Under the pieces are notes generated by a model. That model had not been told where the DNA came from, ran no database searches, and worked only from the letters and a program-made list of their open reading frames with translations. A program made the translations under genes and the position numbers. From Octopus sinensis (taxonomy: Eukaryota): a DNA stretch of 64,000 bases. Shown piece by piece: positions 23,228 through 35,906 of the stretch (position 1 is its first letter; each line of letters begins with the position of its first letter). The DNA is taken from the NCBI RefSeq assembly GCF_006345805.1, contig NW_021824841.1, positions 1,255 to 65,254 of the forward strand, read 5' to 3'.

Positions 23228-26200
23228 CTAACTTTTATTGTTATTTTTATTTATCAGTTTCTTACGGAACGTCGAGTGGATCTTATGCGTACACGCTGGT
23301 ATTGCATCAGCGAATTTATTCAACATTGCATTGTTATAATTTTTCAATAAAATATATGCTTCCCTTATGCACAAACTGCATCTAATGGACCCAATTCTAT
23401 ATGGGGAGGCATGTGCAAGGATAGCCCACGATAATTCAAATGCAACATTCCTTTCCTTAAGGTCATTTACGTATGATGCCAATGTCGTAGATGTCCTTTA
23501 TTTAGGATTGTTAAAAGTGCTCAGGTGGGATCGATATCTCTGCTTGAAGTCTATTGAACTACCGAGTCTCAACACGACATTTATAAATCACATTTTCCTG
23601 GCGACAATTTCCGTTAATCAGACATACTGATGGGTCCTTACAATTACACTTCTTCAGCCTGTTACGGGATCAAGAATTACTGATCACTCCGAACCCTTGC
23701 CCCCTCCCAATACTATGATCCACCATATTATTTACACCATCGTTCGTGCTATTTTCAGGTATATTTATTCTATTATTATTCTTACTATTACCATCATTAT
23801 TATTATTACTAATATTTTTATTACCATTATCACTACTATTATCACTATTATTACCACCATCATACCCATTATCATCACTAATATCATTATTATGATTACC
23901 CCTACTACTATTTGCATTATTTGTTATTCCAACACCCCCTTCGTAATCGATTTCAGAAGACGTACTATTACTATTACTATTATTTTCTGTCATTGATGAA
24001 TTTCCCATTAAAGCTTTTGTCATCATTTCTATCATTATAGTGCCTTATTTTGCTTTTGTTCAACGAAGCAATAATAGACCCGATATTGGGAGTGACCGAG
24101 TAAGCCAGCTTGATTGTTGACTTGTTACGTATTGAATAGTATTTATGGTGTTTTGGGGAAATTTTCCTTCAATAACTTTAAAAATAGCTTTGGTAAACCT
24201 TTCACTCTTAAAGAAAAGGGAGGGGCAAACCAAATAACTTGACGAATCCTAGACTTAGTATTAATAATGGGATTACAATATGTTGCTTGACTTGATGTAC
24301 TAAATGTAAGGCCATTCCTGTTTCTATTACTCTTTACTCTTTACTCTTTTACTTGTTTCAGTCATTTGACTGCGGCCATGCTGGAGCACCGCCTTTAGTC
24401 GAGCAAATCGACCCCGGGACTTATTCTTTGTAAGGCCAGTACTTATTCTATCGGTCTTTTGCCGAACCGCTAAGTGACGGGGACGTAAACATACCAGCAT
24501 CGGTTGTCAAGCAATGCTAGGGGGACAAACACAAACACACACACATACATATATATATACATATATACGACAGGCTTCTTTCAGTTTCCGTCTACCAAAT
24601 CCACTCACAAGGCATTGGTCGGCCCGGGGCTATAGCAGAAGACAGTTACCCAAGATGCCACGCAGTGGGACTGAACCGGAACCATGTGGTTTGTAAGCAA
24701 GCTACTTACCACACAGCCACTCCTACGCCTATATTATTATTATTTTTATTTATATTTATATTTTTTATTACTATTAGTATTATTTTTATTTCTATTCCTA
24801 TTTTCACCTTCATTAGACTTAAGCCCAACTTTAAACCTCAATTCACATTTATGATTCCTATTATTAGCATCCCGTCCCTCCCGTCGCTGTTATCATCCAT
24901 GATATTTACATCATTACAATTCTTATTATTAATCTTATTAACGTTGTTACCATTTACAAAACCAACCATATCACATTTATTCCTCGTATTTCTAAACCCC
25001 ATTTTATCAGCATAAATATTGGTCTTTATCGACTTGTTGCGGGCTCCATGAGGATCATGAGGGGAGCTTCTGCCATCCGAAATCCGTTTCGTATCGTCCC
25101 TGACTATGCTGGCCAATTTAATTTTTTATTTTGTATTGTGTATGTATTCAATGTTATAATAATTTTAAGGCATTATTGTATATTGGGGCATATTGATTAA
25201 AAATGTTTTCATTCGCCGATAGGTTTGAGATTCTGATAGAAATTGCAGTTATAATGCTATTGATGGTTGATTTGGGATGATTTGAGGAAACATTGATATA
25301 TTGGAAAGTTTGGTTTGGTTTTCGGAATAGGTAGTGTAAGCTAGTATTCAGATCGAAAGTGATGTCTAAGAAATTTGCCACTTTAGGACTCAAAAACGAT
25401 GCTCAAATTATAAAAGTCCTTCAGAAACTCCCTAAGGTCCTTCTTTATTCTTTCAATCTGAAATGAACAATGCATCATCCCTATAAATCCCTCCAGATAG
25501 AGATGGGGAAAACCGCTTAATCTTGTCCAACAGAAATAGACCAACAACATCCGTTATTTGAACCGAGTCCAAAGATCCCATGGTAATGTCGAATAAGTTA
25601 AAAGAATCTGATTTTGACCAGTGATGCTTTCCATAATTTATCAGGGTCATTCTTGCTGCTTGAATAATATCAACATCTAGATTCGATATTTCAACAAAAT
25701 TTCTGGCGAAAATGATTGCTTTATTCAGTAAGATGTGGGAGATTGAGGAGTAGTAATTGGAAACATCAAATTGTACAAATGAAGATGAGTCATCACATTT
25801 AATTGTGTGAAACCAATATAAAACATCATTGGAACATTTCCATAAGGGTAACATCGTCCTTTATCTTATCACCGGAATGATTCTATCCAATATGGATTTG
25901 CTGATCCTACCCAAGTCAGATTTGGTTGGGCAAATTAATCGTATTGACGGTTTGGCAAGAAAATCTTGTTTATGGTCCTTTAGGGTGCAATGCGGGGTCA
26001 CGAATTCCTAATTTTGAAATTAAGTCATAATGTCTATTATTAATGTCGGTAAGAGCTGATTTCTTGGCGATTTTGTATTTAGCGTGCAGCTCTTTGGATA
26101 TCAATTTATCATAAGTTTCATAAGGCACTGAGTAAATATTCCCTGTTTTATCAGAAAGAATGTGTAGATTGGGATCGTCCTTCAGTTTAGCTATTGTATG

Positions 26201-26630
26201 TTGTAATTGATTTTGGAAAGCATTCGTATATTTGCAGTATTTAAAGTTCGTAATCATATATATTATGTCCTTTTCAAATTTAGCAAGGTCGGGATTTGGT
26301 GGTGCATTTTTATATGACTTGTAGAATTCCGAATCTTCAGTTTGGTTAGAAGTGCTGGTCTTCATGGTTTCATCCTTCCACTTCAAGTTTCTGGACTTAT
26401 CAAAATAAAAAGCACGCCACATAAGTCTAGATATAATTTCACTGGTCTTATTCAGGAGAGATTCCATGTATAAGTTCCTCGATGGAATAGGAATATTCCT
26501 GGTAGAAACGCCCAAGTATTACTTCTCCATTAAATCCAATCTGTATTGTAGCGCTCCAAAGAGTCAAATATATAGATCGCTAGTGACAACAACACTCAAA
26601 ATATGTAACAAACTGGAATTGTAGTGCTCG
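23228..26630 (-). mobile_element. Penelope-like retroelement in the palindrome spacer (RT and GIY-YIG, disrupted)
   Basis: SDKTGNIY, QFDVSNYYSSI, ITMGSLDS, GIYRDDAL, NFLDITFDL and YINVSSNHP RT motifs, VIWFAPPFS linker, and C-terminal CSLCIREAYILL. Confidence 0.9.
24325..24729 (-). mobile_element. Full-length octopus SINE family 1 inserted in the Penelope element
   Basis: tRNA-like head ggcgtaggagtggctgtgtggtaag and (agtaaag)n tail. Confidence 0.9.
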
Positions 26631-26865
26631 GGAGGCAATGTTATTATATGTTTAAGCGTCGGACTTTATATCTGTTCTGTAGATGTAAATGAATATATAA
26701 ATATATGTATGTGTTTGATCTTTCCGTGGATTTTGTAATGTTCCTTTAGCTGCTGCTCACATTGCCTCCTCTCGGATTAATAAGAGTATACAGCTCATTT
26801 GAGCACTACAATTCCAGTGTGTTATATATTTTGAGTGTTGTTGTCACTAGCAATTTTGTAATTTA

Positions 26866-26911
<46 letters not shown>

Positions 26912-27285
26912 GCTACCTTATTTGGCTGAGTTTTCGTTTGGTATTTGGCAGTGCTGCCCGCATCTGTACTTCATACCGAGACTTTGGTTTTCTTCAGCCC
27001 AGTTGTATATTATTGGGTTGGTGCATAATTATTGCGGCTTGTTTTCTACAAATTTTATTCACCAAATACAATATCAATATTTAACAAAAACATTAAATGA
27101 CGGTCTGACTATCTGCCAAGCAAATGGCAAGCATTAATTGAAATAGATGGTGAATATGCTCCGGAATAATAATAAGATGTTTTGTTAAATGTTGTTATTG
27201 TTTTTGTTGAATAAAAGTTGTTTTAAAAAAGCCGCAGTAATTATGCACCGACCCAATACATTTAGGTCCAGCTGTAATCTCAAAC

Positions 27286-27362
27286 CATCCTGACGAGAGG
27301 AGTGTCAATTTCAAATATATGTTTCATATTAATTGGCGCGTCTCCGAAACGGCCCGTAGATG
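27286..27362 (+). ncRNA. Type I hammerhead ribozyme motif
   Basis: Stem I CATC/GATG, core CTGACGA (27290-27296), long stem II gaggagtgtcaatt/aattggcgcgtctcc, GAAA, minimal stem III AC-ggccc-GT, predicted cleavage after GTA at 27358. Confidence 0.75.
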
Positions 27363-28326
27363 AACATTTTTGTATTTAGGGATTTTTGTAATTTTGTATA
27401 TTTATCTTTTCTGTATTTTCTCTGGAATTTTAATACATCATTTTAATATGGCATTGTATGTTGTATTACCCCAAATTTTTAATTTAACAAATTTTTACCG
27501 AATGTTTTATGATTTTAAGAGCAAATTCAATGTGCTAAATATGCAACACTGATTCTTATATATTTTTACATATTTTTATATGATGTTTATATATTACTAT
27601 ATTTTTAAACGTCGGACTTTAAATCTGTTCTGTAGATATAAATGAATATATGAATATATGTATGTGTTTGATCTTTCTGTGGATTTTGTAATGTTCCTTT
27701 AGTTGCTGCTCACATTGCCTCCCCTCGGATTAATAAGTGTATACAGCTCATTTGAGCACTACAATTTCAGTCTTAGATATTATATATTTTGAGTGTTGTT
27801 GTCACAAACGATCTCAAGATATAACTTTGTATTTTGTAATTTTGTATATATATATATATTTAAAAGGCCTGTTATAAACAGCAGTAGTCTACAAACAGAA
27901 CCGTGAGAAATTGCCACTGAGAATGTGTGTCTTTCGAGAGAGCAACATTATCTACAACTGCCTGACTTCTGTCTTTCAGGAAGTGATTCAGCCACACTCC
28001 CAGTTTACCGTTTATGCCAGTGTCTCGTGTCATGATCCACCTTGTCAAAGGCCCTTGCGAAGTCAAGATATACTACATCGACATTTGAATGATCGAATAA
28101 CTTGCATCAAAACCCCTGGAAGTTCAGTAAGTCAAAGGTATTTCATTTTCTTCTAAGAAAGTTGTCTGACAATTCGTCTAAAGACTTTGCTTATAAGAGA
28201 AGTTAGAAGGATAGACATGTAGATTTTAGCCTGTGGTCTGGTCCCGTTTGTATCGTTAGGGTATATTATATACATATACATATACATACATACATACATA
28301 CATACATACATACATACATACATACA

Positions 28327-28360
<34 letters not shown>

Positions 28361-29262
28361 ATGGTTGTCCTCATTATTCGTGATAAGCGGTTATATTTCT
28401 ATTTTAAGATCTGTTCATCAAATTATGTGCTGACAAGTCATTTTTATTCTTTCTACTAAACTGGATGCTTTATTTTCGACTTCTGTTCCTTAAAGTATAT
28501 CAAACAGTTGGACTAGAGATCACGAGCGCTCGATTATGCCAGGGGTGATGAAAAGCAGACACAGAATAAATAAGGCAGTACTTATCCCCGAAGAGTGTTG
28601 TTTTCTTAATGTTCTTGCGTGCCCAATCTATTCATTCGGTACTATCGAAACATCATTTCCGATGAAGGGTACTGTCCAAATAAAGTTAGGTATTTCATTT
28701 TCCTCGCGGCAAAATCAATGGATTACATTTTTAACAGCTATCTTCATAATAATCTTTTGCACAATGAAAGCAATGTCGCATTTAATTACCTAAGTTAGCT
28801 TCTTGGCTTTATAAATACTTATAATAATTTTGCATTTTTATAATGTATAAAATGTCCTAATTTACATTAAAATTTACTCAGTCGACCTATCCCCAATCAT
28901 TTAAATGAACTTGGTCCATATATATCTCACTTTCAGTTTGTTCTTACACCCTAAAACCTCCAAGTAGAATTCTTAGTTCAATAATTTTTGAAAACACAGA
29001 GTAAACTGTGATTACTACATTCTCTGAGAAATTATTAAACTTAAATATTGTTTTGTGCTCACAGAATATAAAAGGATGTTCTATGACGTTTATACTTATA
29101 TCCTGAAAATAAGTAGTAATAAGGAAAAACGTTCTTATAATAATCTGAACAGGAGTTCGGTATTTGGCTACAGTTATTACACTTCTCCATAAAAATACAA
29201 TGTTGGCAGAAACAATGTCGATCATATAAATAAATACAAACAAATTTGATATGCTTTCATAT

Positions 29263-29315
29263 TTTATTTTAACAAATGTTAGATTCAGGTTTCAGTTCAT
29301 TGGGATTAAAATCGC
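29263..29315 (-). other. Common terminal exon, copy 2 (inverted)
   Basis: Reverse complement of 15455-15507, with the same acceptor, frame and AATAAA. Confidence 0.8.
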
Positions 29316-29480
29316 CTGAAAAAGAAAAAAAAACAAAAGCAATAAGATTTTGTATGTTTTCCTCTCCCTCACAACCGTCCCAACTTTCTTTAGACCTGTT
29401 TGTGTTTATGTGTGTATGTGTGTATTTGTGTGTACTTGTGTATGTGTATTTGTGTGTATGTGTATTTGTGTGAGTGAGTA

Positions 29481-29515
<35 letters not shown>

Positions 29516-31101
29516 TTGTGTGAACGTATTCACAATAGTAGTGTATAGCACAGCCCGGCGCCGAACTCTTTATATAATAAACCGGAGTAATAAAAGAAGG
29601 AAGAGAGATAGTGGTTAATGTTTAAAATGATATGAGGGACAGAAAGGACGCCGAAACATTAGATCCCTATGTTGGTAACACCGATATATAATAGGGGCGA
29701 CAAGCAAAAGTTCGAAACAAGCTAATTTCTTTCTCGTCAATAACGGGAAACCTGGTGACAGAATGAAAAGCAAAACCAAAAGAAGCGCCGTGATGGGAAA
29801 GGGTGAGAGAGATTTAATCATATTTTAGTTTCGGTGGAGACATAGTTGTATAGTCGGGAAAAAAATTTTGAAAGCAATAGAATTTGTGGTGTCATTGTAT
29901 TTTAAATTCATAGTTTTTAATGCTGCATTCGACAACATCTAAAGAAAAGCGCTATAGAAGATGATGTAAGTAATAACCGTGGATCCCAATCAAGTGCAAA
30001 TAAAAGAAGCGATATTCGATAATAATGTTTGTACTCCGAGAGAACGAAAAGTCACATGAAAAAGTTTCTTATTCACTCATGCACTCTCCAAAAGTATTAG
30101 GTATCTGGATGACACGACCCATGTATCCACTGTTGTTGCTATGACAAATTCAGTATATCCACGAAGCCGTTAAACATGAGGCACAGATACAAACGCCTTG
30201 AAGTGCCAGATCCTGTCATGGAGCAATGACATTGTCCCACTGGCGGCTTCTAAAGTAGACCAGTTTAGGTTTCTCGACAGTATAATACCAAATGGATAAG
30301 CAGATCTAAAAGGACGGATTGTAACCATCGCCTTAAATGATTGGGAAGTTATGAAACGGGATCTAAAACCTACAGGATACCCACCAGCGACTCAGTGCTC
30401 GACTGTACAACGACCTTATTCCCCTAATTGCAAATTACGTCTCAGAATTGCGGATTTTACATCTGAAGAAACACCTACATGAAACGCTTTTGAAATGTAG
30501 TTTTTTTTTAGAGTAAATATATCATTACAAGACAGGCGAAGATATCTTTCCATAAGAAACGCTCTTCACATGACATACATCGTTGCCGATGTAATGAGAA
30601 GGAATTGTTCAGCGTTCATCGGCAGACTCATAAGGATTAACAAATATATCTTTGATTCTAAAACAGCATTTCTCAGAAAATCTAAGATAAATTTAAAATA
30701 GCAAAAATGCTGTTATAAAATCTGCGTTTCGAAGAAAGTGTATGAGGTTCTAATTTCTTGGAAGAATATTTACTTACAGTAATATTGGTTCCTAATAGGT
30801 TTTCCAAAGTGATCTCTATAACTGAAGAACCAAATTAAAAATGCATAGCTACTTCTTAACAAAACACTCTTGGGTTATTACTTTCTGAATTTGTTGAATG
30901 GTATATTTAATTCAGAAATCGATGAAAACATTCTACAGTAGTCTGCCTTTATGTAAAATACAAATAACAAATTATTAGAAAGACAATTCAAGAATCTCTG
31001 TGTACTTATTTATATCAGCTTTGAATCTAATCTTCAAATTAAAACATAAAGTCATAATACGTTTCATTGGATACGTTACCTGGTAAAGATTTTCAGAACG
31101 C

Positions 31102-31593
31102 TCATGAACTCTTTTCCCTCAAACGCTTTTTATCATTTTCCTTTCGTTTTCCACATTTCTTTGCTTTTCGACAACCACGTCCTTTCTTGCAAGGTCTCAT
31201 TCTATGTTGGATACATTTGTTTAGTGAATTATCATCTGCTGCGTTATCCTGAATATTATCCACAACACCAGCATGCGGAGTATCGTTATCACTCACAACA
31301 CCGTCATACGGAGTATCGTTATAACTCTCAACACCAGCATACGGAGTATCGTTATAACTCCCAACACCGGCATACGGAGTATCGTTATAACTCCCAACAC
31401 CGGCATACGGAGTATCGTTATAACTCACAACACCGTCATACGGAGTATCGTTATCACTCCCAACACCGGCATACGGAGTATCGTTATCACTCCCAACAAT
31501 GTCATTTCGTTTTTCTAGAGAGAACGCATCACCACCACTTTCCAGAAATATAACCAGGAGGACTGCATAAATCAAACAAACAATTCTGCTCAT
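31102..31593 (-). CDS. Secreted peptide precursor B2 (163 aa): signal, KR, 7 x 11-aa acidic repeats, 4-Cys cationic peptide with G-KR
   Basis: Open frame MSRIVCLIYAVLLVIFLESGGDAFSLEKR-NDIVG-(S[DY]NDTP[YH][AD]GV[GVE])7-DNIQDNAADDNSLNK-CIQHRMRPCKKGRGCRKAKKC-GKR-KENDKKRLREKSS*. TATAAAAG at 31643-31650 upstream, donor ccag|gtaacg at 31080. Confidence 0.8.
   Translation of the reverse strand: MSRIVCLIYAVLLVIFLESGGDAFSLEKRNDIVGSDNDTPYAGVGSDNDTPYDGVVSYNDTPYAGVGSYNDTPYAGVGSYNDTPYAGVESYNDTPYDGVVSDNDTPHAGVVDNIQDNAADDNSLNKCIQHRMRPCKKGRGCRKAKKCGKRKENDKKRLREKSS
31261..31491 (-). repeat. Coding minisatellite of B2: seven 33-bp units
   Basis: Seven in-frame copies of agt(g/t)ataacgatactccgtatg(c/a)cggtgtt. 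Confidence 0.92.
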
Positions 31594-32138
31594 GTTAAAC
31601 ATTTCGATGGAGAAATGACTTGTTGTTGTCTGTTTCATCTCACTTTTATATCATTTTATATCATTGATTCTGTCATTCGTCTGCAACATTCCCAAGTCGA
31701 ACGTGTGTTTGACTGCTGTTTTATTAATCCTTTGCTACACCATCGTGCATCAGTAAGCAATGTCAAACCAGCTTATATTGCATATATTGTTGATACATCT
31801 GCTGATCCCAGACGCGTGCATGCATGGCAGAAACGTTAGCATGCAGGGCGAAATGCTATGCAGTATTTCGTCTGTCGTACGTTCTGAGTTCAAATTCCGC
31901 CGAGGTCGACTTTGCCTTTCATCCTTTCGGGGTCGATTAAATAAGTACCAGTTACGCACTGGGGTCGATGTAATTGATTTAATCCGTTTATCTGTCCTTG
32001 ATTGTCTTCTCTATGTTTGGCCCCTTGTGGGTAGTAAAGAAATAGGTATTTCGTCTGTCGAAGGCGGTGAGCTGGCAAAAACGTTAGCACGATGGCTAGA
32101 TGCTTATATGGCTAGATATATATACGTTTATATATTTG

Positions 32139-33886
32139 GTATCGCTGGTGATAGAAGGCTTAAAGAACGCCTAACACAGAACTTCATACTCGTAAACGTG
32201 TACTCTCGCTATGCTGATGATATCAACATAGTGGTAAAGGCACCCACACAAGAGAGAACTGTTGATATAGTAATAGAAACTAATACTATGGAGAGCATCC
32301 AGCAAATAGCTAACTCCATCCACCAGAGTATTAAGGTCACAATAGACTAACCCACTAAACACCCCAACCATAGACTACCAGTACTAGACACTGAAATCTG
32401 GCTAGAAATTGTGAATAATAAAACCCAAATCTTTCATTCATACTATGCCAAACCTATGGCCTCATAATACTTGATCCATCGGAACTCAGCCATTGCGGAC
32501 AAGGCCTAATTCAATATTTTGATGGCAGACCTCGTCAGAATAATGAGAAATGTGTCACGCATGTGCGAGCCTACAGAGTTAAAGAGACACATACAATTCA
32601 CCGCATGCAGTTCTCAGGTTACAGCCATAAAGAAAGGATCAGAGTATACAAAGGAGCCATGAAGAAATTTGATAATATATTATGTAATGATAGGAATGGG
32701 ATTTGCCCACTCTATAGGAACAAGTCATGGAACACTATAGAAAGGACAAAAAAGAAAATAGGGAAGGCCAACTCTTGGTATGATAGCCATAAATACCAGA
32801 GTGTCATGTTCGTTGACACCACCTCTGGAGGTGAACTGGCGTACCGCTTTAAAAGGACCCTAGACAAACTTAAGCTAAGGATTAAGGTTGTTGAAAAGCC
32901 AGGCAACCCTATCAAATCTATAATTGGTAGAACCTATCCTTTTAGTAGAACCCCCTATACTGATAAGTACTGTACTGTATGTAGATTTAGCCCACAAACA
33001 AACTGTAAAGCCAGAAATGTAGTCTATAGTATAAGATGTATAGAGGGACGATGCAGTAACAAGACAACGACATACGTAGGGGAAACGGCAAGAAGCATAG
33101 GAGAGCGGGTAAATGTACATTGGAGACTACTCAAGGAAGGTAAAAGTTCATCGATTCTGTACCAACACGCCGAACAGGAACGCGGGGGATCAATCAACAA
33201 CATAAAAATTAAAATATTGTCCACACATAGAACAGATGCAACAATCAGACAAATTACAGAAGCTACACACATGATAGAAAAAAAACCTAGCCTGAATAGA
33301 AAACTAGAATGGAACAATAGTACACACCACAACATATGACGGTACAGGATCCCGAAAACATAATAAATACACCGATAAATAAACAAATAGAAATAAATAA
33401 CTATATATATTTTTTTGATTTATTATTATTATTACTAGCATTGTTGTTATACATACATGCATACATACAAGCATATGTAATGATAATAATAAAGGGATGT
33501 AAACACATGAACAAAATAAGAATAAACAAAAACAACAACAAAAACAAATTACATGAACGTATATAAACAGAAGATACAAATATTACAAGCATCCCCCCCA
33601 CACACACTAAATAAACATAGACGCACATAGAGATATAAGCATGCGCAAATGAAGAAATACAATAGAAATACAAAATGGCTGACGGTTAGTAAGGAGAGAC
33701 ACAAATAAGAAAGAAGAAAACAAAGGACCACTGATGCGGTCACAGGAGTGTGACGAAAGAACTCTGGCCGAAATAAGATGAAGATTAATGTAAAAAATAA
33801 ATAACACTGAAGCAAAGTAACACTAAATATATAGTGCGTGTGATTTTATTGGCTAAACTGGCAAAATGACCATTCCGAAATATAAC
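32139..33886 (+). mobile_element. Penelope-like element, inverted-arm copy (5'-truncated by the junction)
   Basis: RYADDINI motif and an open GIY-YIG frame at 32563-33339 (NVVYSIRCIEGRC...YVGETARSIGER). Confidence 0.88.
33725..33769 (+). ncRNA. Degenerate hammerhead-like motif at the Penelope 3' end (mirror at 2998-3042, minus strand)
   Basis: ggacca-CTGATGc-g-GTCAC-aggagt-GTGAC-GAAA-g-aa-cTC-tggcc. Perfect 5-bp stem II, but A9 is replaced by C. Confidence 0.5.
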
Positions 33887-34061
33887 GAGATATATATATA
33901 TATATATAGCCCGAGGTTATAGTAGAATACACTTTGCCCAAGGTGCCACGCAGTGGGAATGAACATTGAACCATGTGGTTGGTAAGCAAGACACTCCTGC
34001 GCCTGTATCAAAGAAATTAATTGTAAACAGTAAAACTAATAATAGTAATTTAAAATTTTAC

Positions 34062-34289
34062 CTTTTTTCGGTGGACCTCTCTTGTTTCAGACATAGAACC
34101 AGGATGTTGAATTAATCGTCGTGTCAACTCTTCAGAACGTCCCATTAAGCCTATGAATTCTGAGGATGAAGGAGGTTTAACTTCAGATCTTTTAATCAAA
34201 TTATGTGCTGTAAGTATGTCATCAGCAGAACTGGCTTCAAACACTCCAACAATGAAGATACAACACAGGATCAAACCTACTCTAATCAT
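34062..34289 (-). CDS. OctTK-I: Salivary tachykinin precursor, main coding exon, copy 2 (inverted)
   Basis: Reverse complement of 2476-2703 (position sum 36765) with the same translation. The downstream VSRRPYILKK exon is absent from this arm. Confidence 0.93.
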
Positions 34290-35818
34290 ATTGAATATAG
34301 AAATCACAATCAGAATCTGTATGGAATATTAGGGATTTCTCAGGTTTTATAGAATTTTCTTCTCAAATTTTGTGAGATACGTCACATGGCATATGGTTAT
34401 ACACATGTTCTGACGTTTCCAAACGCCCTGTCAGCAATTTTAAAGACGCACACGACCACTCTACAGTTCACATCACTTATCCCTAATTATGTCTAAAAGT
34501 TATTGTCTTACTGATTATATTCTTGAATAATAACATTTTAATAGGGATACGAAGAATTTGGAAACATTTCAAAACATTCAGCACTGTTTATAGCTACACT
34601 TTGTAATTTCATGTTTCTTAGTTCGATCACAGTTCTCTTTCACGATGATCTCTGGTTGACCAATAGTGTGTGAGTGCAATCTGGACACAATCATAGATAC
34701 TCTTTTTCTACTTTTTTCATTTCATAATTAAAATGCAAGAAATTGTTCATAATCTCATGTTTCAAGCTTAGTGTTATAAATTACATAAATGAGGAGGCTG
34801 TTAAGAAAGTACCTATATGGCTTTGGCTGTAAAGAGATGATCGGTAGGATAAGGAAAATGTCGATTGCACACCGGCTTAAGCTTGATTACCTACAGAACG
34901 TAGCTTGTATAATTCGGAATACTCAGTGATTCCAGACATAATACGACGCTGACGATGTGTCCAAGTATTCCATCTATTTAATGTACATCTGTGCGTTAAG
35001 TTAAAAGGACGAAAAGCATTTTTGTATGGGTTGTTAGAAATCCTGATCTCGAGCAGTTACGATTTTTGTGGAAAGGAAAATCTTCATCTGAAGCAGTTAC
35101 GGTTTTATTGAAACTCCAGCAATTATCAGTCAAATAGATTGTCTATAGACATTCGTTGAAATTCCAATATAAATGAAAAATATTAAAATTAACGTAATCA
35201 GTTCAGTAAATTGATGCTGAGTGAATAGTATTTCCCTTTTGCCTGATCACATCAAATAATAAAGGTTTCTACTATCTCTCACTTCTTTGCTGAAATTCTC
35301 AAATAACTCTCGGTCATTCATTTCTATGACCAATGGCGTTCCAGTAGATATTCTAGCATTTCCAAAGTTGGAAAAATACTACAATATTTGTCCAACTTTG
35401 GAAATATTAGCATCCAATTTCCTTCACCATGGATTACTATCTAACCATTCTCTTTGATCATGGAGTTACCTTAGGAATACCCGATTTAACTGGATTTATC
35501 CTCCCTTTCTAGACATAATGAACCACGTCAACTATCACTAATGAGTTCTTCCACTGTTACATATATTTAACCTATCACTCTCCAACCACAGAATACTCAG
35601 TATACGGAATATTTTCCTCAACACGATGTCACAGTAGCTCAGATATCCTGAAAACAATTGTCAGAGACTATTCTTTTATTTGTTTCAGTCATTTGACAAT
35701 GGCCATACTGGAACACCGCCTTATTTTATCTAGCTAAATTAAATGTCCTTGTCAAGTAATTTTTGCCAAACTGTTTGCCTTCTCTTTTCTACTTACTTTT
35801 CTACTTCGTGTATATATG

Positions 35819-35904
<86 letters not shown>

Positions 35905-35906
<2 letters not shown>

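Larger units (their letters stand above)
26640..31812. repeat. Palindrome right arm, inner segment
   Basis: Reverse complement of 12964-19680 with internal deletions and a duplicated pLTR-like block. Confidence 0.9.

Noticed and set aside
31104-31553. Plus-strand ORFs antisense to B2 (31104-31553, 31273-31518) and minus-strand ORF 13258-13488
   Set aside because: They are shadows of the stop-free repeat and have no signal peptide, promoter or splice support.
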